A program made the position numbers and the translations under genes. The notes under the pieces are model-generated. The model was not told where the DNA came from. It made no database searches and worked only from the letters and a program-made list of their open reading frames with translations. From assembly GCA_964016885.1 (NCBI GenBank), contig OZ024761.1, positions 17,918,001 through 17,982,000 on the forward strand: a stretch of DNA of 64,000 nucleotides, read 5' to 3'. Below, one piece after another: positions 50,001 through 61,181 of this stretch. The stretch's first letter is position 1, and each line of letters starts with the position of its first letter. Source of the DNA: Eledone cirrhosa. Lineage: Eukaryota.

Positions 50001-51910
50001 TATAATATAATTGTTTCTACATTAGGCACAAGGCCAGCAATTAACCAGTGCATTACTGGTACTTTATTTTATTGACCCCGTAAGGATGACAGGCAAAGTC
50101 AACCTCGGTGGGATTTGAACTCAGATCGTAAAGGGACGTAACTATGCTGGAAAGCATGGCGTCATAATATAATATGATCCCATAACTCCTGATAGAATCG
50201 TATGGCCGCCATATTGACAATTCGGGCCATCATTCTTCAGGCCTGACTACAGCAGATTTTTTTCAGAGAAAGATAGAAAGTGAGAGAGAGGAAATGGGAA
50301 GAATCAACCCCAATACTAGGCTGGTACTTCTTTTATCGACTTTGAAAGGATGAAAGGCAAAGTTGACCTCAGCAGGATTTGAATTCAGAGAGCAGAAAGC
50401 TGGAACGAATACCATAAAACATTCTATCCGACATTCTAACGACTCTGCCAATTTGCTGCCTTATAGTTATATTATTAAATCCCTCTAAATTCTTTCTTTT
50501 TTTCAAAATTATTTGAAAATCTTGGGCAGTGTCTTTCAAGAGAAATATGGTAATGAAATTGCTGAATTAAATAAATCTCACCATAAGACATTGTTGAATA
50601 ATGGTGAAAAGGATGATAAGGAAGAGGTAGACAGCAATGGCAATAGACAGGATGGACACTGGATGGTAAATGAGAGGCACTGGTGTTGGGTGTGGAGTTG
50701 GCGAATTAGGCTCTGCCTGGAAAATTTCAAAACAAAGAAAAAAAAATTGTGAAAAATAATAAAATAATAATAGTAAATAAATAAACATGGGTGTGTGGTT
50801 AAGGAGTTGTCTTTTTTTTGCAACCATGTGGTTTAGGGATCTGTTCTACCACCTGACACCCTGATAGATATATATATATATATATCATCATCATCATCAT
50901 TTTTACGTCCGCTTTTCCCTGCTTGCAAGGGTGGGACGGGAACTGATTCTGGCTTGATTTCTACAGCTGGATGCCCTTCCTAACACCAACCTCATTTACA
51001 GTGAGTGCTGGGTGCTTTTTTGCCGTGGCACCTCCACGACCACTTTGCAGTGGAATGATAGGGACCCCAGTCCCTAACATCTCATTTCTACAGCTGAGTA
51101 AACTGGAGCAATGTGAAATAAAGTGTCTTGCTCAAGGAAACAACACACTGCCCGGTCTGAGAATTGAACTCACAACCTTTCGATTGCAAGGCTAATTAAT
51201 GCTCTAACCACTAAGCCATGTGCCTCCATATATATATATATATTATATATATGAGGTTGGTGTTAGGAAGGGCATCCAGCTGTAGAAATCAAGCCAAAAT
51301 CAGTTCCTGTATGAGCAAGGCATGGTCAGCTGACCAGACACTGCCCACAACAGGACAACCCGTCTAACCCATGCTAGCATGGAAGAACGGATGTAAAACG
51401 ATGTTGATGATGATGATGATATAAACAGAAGGGATATTCAATTTGTTGGTAATTCAGCAAATATAAATGTTTATAACTGATTCAGAGCACTCGACAAGTT
51501 TTCTGGAGTATAATATTCAAAGATATTAAATAAATATATATACAAAGGTACATACATACTTCACTCCTATCATCCTTTACTTTTGGAGGGATGCAGCTGC
51601 ACGCCCAGCAATACGCCATTTATTTTATATATTACATATATATTATATTTTTATTTATATGCCTACTGTTAACCACTGTAACAAACATATGCGGTAAATC
51701 TTTATTAACCAAACCTAACACTACCTATTAAAAGTAAAAATAAATATCAAATCTGTCAAGGAGACGTGTGTAATAATAGAAATCAATCATATATGCTCCT
51801 CAAATTACCCGTTTCGATGTTTCTTTCCTTTTAAAATGCAATAGTGTAACCTGTAGAAAATATGTGGCTGCTATTTCTAGTAGGCCGTCTGGCCAGGTGG
51901 AGGTTTCCAT
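44871..51910 (-). CDS. Uncharacterised single-pass membrane protein with Cys-rich C-terminal region (5 well-supported exons plus a tentative first exon)
   Basis: Exons 51910-51809 (tentative), 50716-50582, 48712-48566, 46664-46596, 45136-45083 and 45005-44871. All introns are phase 0 and GT-AG with no internal stops. Confidence 0.75.
45083..45136 (-). CDS. Cys-rich TM gene, 54-nt exon (possibly skippable)
   Basis: ATATAG|[18 protein letters not shown]|GTATGG; the acceptor sits in (TA)n. Confidence 0.5.
46167..46487 (-). mobile_element. Non-autonomous Helitron-like element
   Basis: Minus strand begins A|TC and ends CTAG|T; body shared with 5168-5390. Confidence 0.5.
46596..46664 (-). CDS. 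Cys-rich TM gene, internal exon
   Basis: CTACAG|[23 protein letters not shown]|GTAAGT. Confidence 0.78.
47025..47092 (+). mobile_element. Short RTE LINE fragment nearly identical to 8219-8287
   Basis: GTCCGGAATGATGC(T/C)GGTGTACTTAGTGTCACAAATGATCAGAAAAAGGAGGCCTGGAAATGTCATTAT. Confidence 0.9.
47091..47918 (-). mobile_element. CR1/L2-group LINE 3' end with (ATT)n tail and an inverted upstream fragment
   Basis: Minus 47251-47597: [15 protein letters not shown]...NTRGHAYKI...[17 protein letters not shown]. Plus about 47600-47918: [15 protein letters not shown]...[12 protein letters not shown] (pre-RT region). Confidence 0.8.
48566..48712 (-). CDS. Cys-rich TM gene, internal exon
   Basis: CATACAG|[49 protein letters not shown]|GTCAGT. 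Confidence 0.78.
50582..50716 (-). CDS. Cys-rich TM gene, transmembrane exon
   Basis: TTTCCAG|[45 protein letters not shown]|GTGAGA. Confidence 0.78.
51809..51910 (-). CDS. Tentative first coding exon of the Cys-rich TM gene
   Basis: CAACATGG context, [34 protein letters not shown]|GTAATT in phase 0, CRE-like TTACGTCACG about 35 bp upstream. Confidence 0.4.
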
Positions 51911-54742
51911 GTTGTGTCGTCTTCCACCTCCGATGTGTTGGTCTTACGTCACGTTTGATAACATACAGAGAGGAGAGAGGGGGGAAGAGTAACAAAGAGA
52001 TAGAAAGAGGGAGGGAGAGTAACACATTGAAATAGAGAGAAAAAGAAAAGGAGAGTAAGACAGTAAGATAAAGAGAAAGAGGAAGGGATAGTAACAAAGA
52101 GAAATAGAGAGAGAGTAGCGAAGTGAGGAAATAACAAAGAAATAGAGAGGGAGGGTAGAGAGAGAACGTAACAAAGGGAGGGTAATACAGATAGACAGAA
52201 ATAAAGGAGTTGGTTGTTTGGGGAGTTGATGTAATGAGAGGAGTGGCAGATACATAGTGTGATGAGAGAGAGAGAGAGTGAGTGAGAGTGAGAGGAAGAG
52301 GGCTACCGAAGCTACAGTGACACACACAGCAGTAGCTATCGTCTGCTGCTTCAAACGTCATCCAATGTTTTTAAGGTTCCTATGAAGTTACGCTATTTAT
52401 TTTACGCTTTCTTCTTTGTTTTTCATTAACAATGTCTTATTAAAGAATTATAAATGTTATTATGGCGAATATGTTGGTGTTTCTTAGTCTGCTTCAAACA
52501 AAATCCAATGATTTTAAGGTTCCTACGAAGTTACGTTATTTATTTTAACCTTCCTTCCTTGTTTTTCATTAACAATGTGGTATGAAAGAGTTATAAATGT
52601 TATTATGGCGAATATGTTATTTTTTTTTAGTCGGCTTTTATATAATTATTTTGTTGAAGATATCTTTACCTAGTAGAGCGACGAAGTAAAGACTTGGTGC
52701 CATTATGTCGTAACATTTACAACCAATTCGTGTAATAATCAAGGGGAGAGAAATCGCGCATGTTTTCGGCTGTATGTCTAAAGATTTACTTCCCTTGCAT
52801 AACATTAATTTGATTTAAACTAAAAATTATATTCCAGTGGTACCTTTTCACGGAAGATAATATTTCACCGTTTCCACAGCTGTGATACTGATTTCACAGT
52901 AATACTTGTTTATAGAAACACGATACCCAAGTTTGTCAGTGATTCTACAGACTAGAGTATTTATATAAGTGTTGTGAACACGATTCAGATTTTCTTTTAC
53001 TACTTTCAGTCATTTGACTGCGACCATGTTGGAGCACAGCCCCCAAGGCATCTCTACACCATACCAATACACACTTCTTCATATTTTCATATCTGGTGGT
53101 TATTTTATCGATCTCTTTCTATATAATAATATAATTGTTTCTACTTTTGGCACAAGGCCAACAATTACCCCAGTGAATTACTGTACTTTATTTCATAAGG
53201 ATGAAAGGCAAATTTCACCTCGGCGGGATTTGGACACAGACTGTAAAGGGCCATAACTATGCTGCAAAGCATGGTGTCTGGAGCTCTATCGATACTGCCA
53301 ATCCCCCACCCATGAATATAATAATTGTTTCTACTTTTGGCACAAGGCCAGAACGCAAAGGGGCATAACTCTATGCTCTAAAGCATGGTGTCTGACGTTC
53401 TAATATAATTGTTTCTATTTTAGGCACAAGGCCAGCAATTACCCAGTACATTACTGGTACTTTATTTTATCGACCCCGTAAGGATGAAAGGCAAAGTTAA
53501 CCTCGGCGGGATTTGAACTCAGATCATAAAGGGACGTAACTCTATGCTTCAAAGCATGGTGTCCGACTCTCTACCGATACTGCCAATGCTCTAATATAAT
53601 TCTTACAGAATGGAAAATATATAATATATACCATATATAATATATACAATACAGAATGAAAATATAGACACTTATAATAAATCCAATTAATTATTGCTAG
53701 GAACCTCAGAAATATAATGCAGAAAAATATATGATCAAAGAAAGGGAGAGAAAAAAATACAAAACAGCAATTCACCACCAAATGCGTCACTCTGTTACTC
53801 ACCACACCGTGCTGGCAGCATTACCATGTGTGATAGTGAGGCTAAAACACTGAAACAACCAAACATCCTCACCAGGAGCATCACCTGATACCTCGGTAAG
53901 TCAGGATGATGGCAAGGCTAAGACACTGAAACAACCAAGCACCCTCTGATACCTTGGTAATGCTGGATGATGGCGAGTCTAAGACACTGAAACAACCAAG
54001 CACCCTCACTTTGAGCATCAACTGACACCTCGTATGAGACAAACAGTAACTGTAAACACACACACATCTTGGGCTTGCGATGGTATAGGTCGCTGATTGT
54101 CGTTAGGCCCAGTGAATAATATAAAAGGCGGCTAATTTTAACCCTTTAGCATTTAAACCAGCCATATCTGGCCAGAATTCTCTCACCTCTTTCTGTTCAA
54201 ACTGGCTGTAAACGGCCGCTCATACTGATGTTAAGGTATTATTCTCAAAATAAATAATTGTTTCTACTTTCATAAATAATTTGTAACATTATTTATACAA
54301 CTGTGAATTAAAGATGTATGTGTATATATATATAGGCTTAAAATTGGAATGAGAATAAGAAGAAAGCAAGAAGGCAGGTTCTCATCAGTTGTCTACTGGG
54401 ATCTCGGATATTTCAATGCTTTAAAGACAATATCTTCCCCCAGAGCGTTCTATAACTGGGTAAGTTATTGGGAAAACAGAGAAGGGAGGGAAGGAAAGGG
54501 GAAGAAAAGAGAAAACAGCGAAAAAAAACAACAACGAACCGAGCAATGTGAGTGCAACTTAAGGTAATTTGTATATATATATATATATATATATTCCTAA
54601 AATCGTTACGATTTTAGGAATATGATTGGGACTACATGGATGAGGAAAGCACGATCCAGAGAGTAATGGACGGCGTGCTGTGACCAGCGGCGCTGAATGG
54701 ACGCCCGACAGACTGATCAGTCAAGGTGATATATATATAGTT

Positions 54743-55310
54743 GGCATACATGACTTTTAGCGGTCGCAATAATGAAAGTAAATTTATTTTCATTTTCGAA
54801 CGTCGTGTTTACATTTTGTGTGTGTTTAAACGAAACATGCTGGCGACGAAGCTTCTTCTTTGCACGGCTCCATGTGTTCTCTATTAGCTGTGTGTGCACA
54901 TCAGGGTCCGCAGGATCTACAAAGTTCCGTTCGTGCACCACAACATCATGAACGTAAATCCCACCTTCAATTTCCGAGTAGAAAGCCCAACCATCGGAGA
55001 TGATGCGGCTGCCTGGCAAAATCCCTGCTGAATGATGGGGACGAGAGTGTCACAGCGTCCAGAATGGCGGACTCACCATTCTGCAAGCCTCATTACAAGA
55101 TTACTTCGGTATTGAGTACTCTTCTCTCAACCGGCAACTACACACACACACACATATATATATAACAGTTAAAACGACAGAGGCTCTGATTTTGTCTTTA
55201 ATCTCAGTAACTAATTTAGATCTAAACACACACACAAAATGTAAACACGACGTTCGAAAATGAAAATAAATTTACTTACATTTTTCAGACCGTTAAAAGT
55301 CATGTATGCC
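54743..55310 (-). mobile_element. Internally deleted Merlin (IS1595/ISXO2-like) DNA transposon
   Basis: LPGSRIISDGWAFY...VVVHERNFVDPADPDVHTQLIENTWSRAKKKLR. About 85-bp inverted termini beginning GGCATACATGACTTTTA (54743-54828 vs 55224-55310). Confidence 0.8.
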
Positions 55311-55603
55311 ATATATATATATATATATATTATGGAATACTGTTGGCTTCTTGCTACAATAATTTCTATACTTTTCATTTATATATATAACTGGTAGGCA
55401 TAAGATAATTTTAAAACTTTTGTCTTACCATGCCGCCAAATAAAAGATTCTGGCTGTTTTCTGACTCCGACATTTCCAAGAATCACATCATCAATCAGAA
55501 GGAATTATATGAAATAAATAAACAACAGTGGACAACAAATAGTTGTCCAAAAATTCATCAATAAACAATATTAAACATTATTCATAGAAACAAAGTTTAA
55601 TGT

Positions 55604-55825
55604 TTGGTCACGTGACCAACTTCTTGTTTCTAACGACTGAAATGACGGGTGGTTTTTTTTTCCTATTAACAAAATTGTACTTACAGTTATTTTTTAACGA
55701 TATTTTTCATGTTAAAAATATTTCATTGTTTTAAAAATTTCTGCTTTAACATATTCTTTAAACTAATTTATAATTTTCTATTAAATTTTATTAACGTATT
55801 TACCTCCATCCTTTTTCACTTCCGG
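55604..55825 (+). promoter_or_regulatory. Putative ESS2 promoter: palindromic E-box and ETS site
   Basis: 16-bp palindrome TTGGTCACGTGACCAA (55604-55619) and CACTTCCGG (55817-55825), upstream of the ESS2 ATG at 56074. Confidence 0.45.
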
Positions 55826-56073
55826 TTTCTTCGTGAACCGAAAAAACATTTGTTGACGATTTTCTTTCGTTCGTTGTTTAATAATTAATTAATTACTTAA
55901 TTGATTAATTATTTCTCTATTTTATCTTGTTATATAGAATTAATTTAATTCCATAAAAGTATCATACCATATATTAATTCGTTGCTGAAACTAAAGAAGA
56001 GAAAGAACTGGACTTTTATTTTTGGAAGTCGATTTCACTGTAAAATAACCAAAATCAAAATAACAGACCAAGA

Positions 56074-56193
56074 ATGGCTTTGGAAACATCGAAATATTGT
56101 GGAGTTCTTCGTAAAGTGAGAAAAAATATCGATGGAGAAGCGATTCATGTGAAGAAGAAGAAAAAAGTCTTAGATGAAGACACTTACATCGAG
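56074..56193 (+). CDS. ESS2: ESS2 coding exon 1
   Basis: MALETSKY...KKKKKVLDEDTYIE|GTGAGT. Confidence 0.88.
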
Positions 56194-56767
56194 GTGAGTT
56201 TAAACTAATGTTTGTGTAAGTTTTTGTGTTTCAACTATCACGGCTGGAGCACTGCCTTTTGTATTGAACGGGTGGTAGTCAGACCCATGCCAGAAGTAAA
56301 ATGTAGTCCCCCCAAAAAGCCGCTTGTGAAAATGCCCAGGCCAAATATGAAATGAGGGACCCCAAAAGTTGGTAATAGGATGAGGTTACAGCTTGCTCGT
56401 TAAGTATTGTAGAAATCAGTGCTAAATATATTTGATTTATCTAGATATGCATATCTGTATATATATATATATATATAAATATATATATATATCATCATCA
56501 TATATGTTTATATATATATATATATCATCATATATGTTTATATATATATATATATTTTATCATCGTATATATTTATATACATACACAGGTCATCTGACCT
56601 GACTCATAACTTTGTAGCTTATCCAACATGCGAGCATGACAAGGAAAATCGATGTTAAACAGTGGTGGTGATGTTGATGTATATATATATAGTGAACATA
56701 TTTTTGCAAGCATGGCCGGATTAAGTCCTTTTTAAACCCCAAGCCCTTAAAAAATGATGGTGCCCCA

Positions 56768-56798
<31 letters not shown>

Positions 56799-59700
56799 CA
56801 TATGTATATATGAAGGACGACAGCTGTATAATAAGGTGCAGGGTGATCAAAATTGATGGAAGCTATGGAGTAGGAAAACCTGGGAAAAGGTGGTAAAAGC
56901 TGACCTTGTGCAATTGCACCTCTCAACGACATAGGATCAAGATCTTTTGTGTTATGCAGTAATATAGAAGACACACGGGCTCAAACATAAATCTAGTAGG
57001 CACATCTTAACCACTATACCCTCTTCCATACGCCCCTACCCCCACTTCTGTACACACCACCCTTACACTGTAAAGTGGTCATGTAGGTGTCACGACAAAA
57101 AGCAACCAGCCCACACTGTAAATGTAGTTGGCGTCAGGAAGGGCATCCAGCCATAGATACCTAGCCAGAAACAGTTGTATGTGAGCAAGACATGGTCACC
57201 TGACCTAACTTGCCTCTAGCGAGATAACCTGTCTAACCTTAGATAGCATGGAAAATGGGATGTTAAATGATGATGATATATATGTACACATATATATATC
57301 GTTATACTTGGGGAGGGTCATATTGTTATAATATTGCCAGAAATAATAACAGAGCACACTCACTGTTTGGTTGGTTTTCGCTTCTGTATCTTTTATATCT
57401 CCATAGTTAATTTATTTTGAAAATTTGTAGCGTTACTGTAAATAATTGATTTGTTAATGTGATGCAGTCATTGTTTTGTATTTTTAAAGAATACCTTGCT
57501 AATGTGGTTTACGAGACCTGAAGGTTTAAGCAACACCTCAATAATATATATCTTATCTGCCTTTTTTTAAAAATCATTTTCAGGGTCTACAGAAGATTAT
57601 TCAACGAGATTTTTTCCCCGACCTTCCAAAATGGAAGGCCCAAGCTGAATACTTTGATGCTGTTGAGAACAATGACCTGGTCAAATTACGGGAAATTCAG
57701 ATGAAGTATGGTCTCCGACGCCCTGAAACAGGGTCTTCTTCTGTCTGTATGTTTACCTCTTTATTTCATTAGTTTTACAGTTTTATTTATATCAAGTGTA
57801 ATTTCTATCATGTTCAAACACTACATATACAGTATTAAAGAAAGCTGCAATTTTAGAAAAAAAAGGAATTGAGAAATGGAATACATTTCTATAACCACGA
57901 CCCCTCAGTTATGTTGAGGACATGACAACCTCCCTGGTGTTGGTGATCTTCAGGATAAACGTACCCAGTACATGCTGCAAAGTGTTTGGTGATAGGAAGG
58001 GCATCCAACTGTATAAAGCTTGTCAAACAAAGGACTAGGAGGATCCTCAGTTGTGTGACAGACATGACAACCTCCCTAGTGTTAGTGATCTAAACGCACC
58101 CAGTACACACTGTAAAGTGGTTAGTGATGGCAAGGGCATCTAACTAGAAAGCTTGCCAAACAAAGGGTTGGAAGAATCCTCAGTTGTGTCAAAAACATGA
58201 CAACCTCTCCTGTTCACTCGGTAGAAACTGAGACTCTATATAAGCAAGATGACAAATCCCTGGATTGTCTGGGAGATTTCTGTATGTTTGACTAAATATT
58301 AGATTCTTTGTTATTTTTATATAATTTTATCCTAGGAATATATTTGAATATTTTGAAATAAAGCAATGAGAAAGTAATAAAAAAGAATACTTTAAAATAG
58401 TTTCTCAAATAAACTTGTTGATTTTTCACAGACAATACACCTGATACATTTGAAACCCCTGAAGGCACAGAAAATAAAGGATCTCCCACTGAGAGATCAT
58501 CCCTGAAAGAAAAACAAGACAATACTTCAGAGAAAAACGAGGAACCAGGTATGGCCTTACTTTCTAATCTTGTTTTTTGTTCTTGTTATTTCTGCTTTTA
58601 GATAGCTGCGGTTAACTCTGTTTGAACTCATTGGATATTAACTCTTTAGCATTTACATTACTTTACTACTTACTATTGTATTTTCATGGTAAAGGCTTTA
58701 TCTTACATAATATCAAATCTATGAGGTTTTGATATTATTTATTTTGAGAACAATATTTTAACATCAATGAGTGGCTGGTCACAGCCGGTTTGAACAAAAA
58801 GAGGTGAGAAAGTTATAGCCGGTTTAAATGCTAAAGGGTTAAGGGCGTTTATATATAAATGAATGAAAATATGGACAAATACAGGAAAATGAACAAATGC
58901 ACACAGCCCCATCTCATGAGTTGTGACTGTATTCTTTTATGTTCCTGTCTTCACCCATATTCTTTATTTAGTTGTATGTTTTTAGCCCTGCAGGTCTCAT
59001 TTTTATATATATATATATATTTTATTCTCTTCTGTTTTACTATTTTTTCTCCTTTGGCTAAACCCGCACACACTGTTCTCTCTCTATTTTGTCAGTTGAC
59101 GCACTTGGATATTTTTTCTTATATATTTGTGTATTTCACCTAAAGGCACAACTTATCTCTATCTGTTTTGCTATGTCCGAATGAATGGTATCAACCTTAA
59201 TACACCGAAACCATAGTGATTTCCAGTGGTTGACTGAGGAGATGGGACTCCATTTTTCCGTTGTTTTTTCCATTGTCTTTGTCCTGTGCACCTCATATTT
59301 TGAATATATATATATATATATATTCTTTATTATGGCTAAATGATGAGTCTTTCACCTGTACTCACAGGATCACCAGATAAATCCCTCAAAATTCTTGATT
59401 ATTTTCCAAATTATCCGAAACTCATATATGGTGTTTTTCATTAGATATATAATACTGAAATAATTATGCCTGTTTTTTTTAAGATACAGTGTTTCTATAG
59501 TTACATTGCTGGGGTGTTGCATGTAGTATTGCCCTCAATGAGTTGACATGTCTTCTGAAATAAAACTAATTTGTTATTTTCTATTTTATTTTCCAGAAAA
59601 CTTCATCTTGACACACTGGATAACTATCTGTCAAAACACACCAGTGAAGACCAATGCTTCTTTTACAGAAATTCTCAAGGAAACACAACGGAAACACAGA

Positions 59701-60763
59701 GAAAAACACTCCTGGTTGTACGAACAAGAAGAAAGACAGAATATTGTAATACAATGACTTTCACGTTATAGTTTAACCCTTTAACTTACTATATAGTAAT
59801 CATTGAGTGGCCTCTCTTAACTGCTCAACCTGATGACCGTGTTATCTAACCCTTCATTTTAAAACAAACCTTAAATGTGATAGGTGTTTGTCTGTATAGT
59901 CAATGAATAGGCAGAGTCATTAGAATCTCGGATAGGATGCTCTGCAGTAAACATTCCAATTTTCTGCTCTCTGAGTTCAAATCCCGCTGAGGTCAACTTT
60001 GCTCTTCATCCATTGAAGGGCGATAACAAAAAACGTACCAGTCTGGCATTGGGTTTTAATTCTTCCTCTAAATCTCTTTCTCCCACTCTTTATACTTCTC
60101 TGAAAGAAATCTGCTGTTCTCAGACTTGGAGATGAGATGGGCTCAGCTAGGTTTTTAAAAATATGTCCTAGAAACACTATGTCAATATGGCACCCCTAAA
60201 ACTCCTTCAGGAGTTACGGGATAAGAGAAGAAAGGAGAGTTTGATGTGGAATGTTCAGATATATTATCTAAGCACACTGTAAAGTGGTCTTGTAGGTGTC
60301 AGGACAAAAAGCACCCAGTCCACACTGTAAAGTGGTCGTGCAAGCATCACGGCAATAGGCACCCAGTACTCAATGTAAATGAGTTAGGCATTAGGAAGGG
60401 CTTCCAACTGTAGAAACCAAGCCAGAATCAGTTCTGTATGAGCAAAACATGGTCGCCTGACCTAGTATTGCCCACAACAGGACAACTCGCCTAACCCATG
60501 CTAGTGTGATGATGTCTTTGTTTTTTAATGTTCTCTTATTTGAGTGTTGAACCTGTTCTATATTTCTGTTTTGTCAGGAACAAGAAGAGAAGATAGCCCT
60601 ACCAAGTATTGAGAAACAAGCTATCCAAGAGAAGGCACCCCCTACCTTACATTCCTGGCAGTATAGTGCCAAGAACAGCCTTATGTATGTTCCTGATGGT
60701 AAGATTATTTTACTACATTCTTATCAAGTAGTTGTACTTATTTAGCTGCATGTATCCGGTTTG

Positions 60764-60804
<41 letters not shown>

Positions 60805-61136
60805 TAGCTGAGATACCCAGCTTTGCCCGGGAGAACTGTTAAGAGAAGATGGATAAAAGAGAATATGGCTGTATTGGATCTGTTGTCTGGTATGAGCTGA
60901 GACCATAATGTGTGCGTGTGTGAGAGACATAAAAAAAAAAACGATCATACAACTTCCTTATTAGGCTCTGAATATCTAACACTTTAATTGTAATCTCTCT
61001 CTTTTGATGTGTGTGTGTATGTGTGTGTAGTTTTCGTGTGATTCAACCAACCAATAAACATCTTTCTTTTATATTATATATAGATATATATACACAGGGT
61101 GTATCAAAATGAATTTTGAAATCAAAATTCATTTTG

Positions 61137-61181
<45 letters not shown>

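Noticed and set aside
59172-59235. Hammerhead-like GTC-CGAATGA...CCGAAACCA...TGGTT-GAC
   Set aside because: The core deviates from CUGANGA and stems I and II are weak
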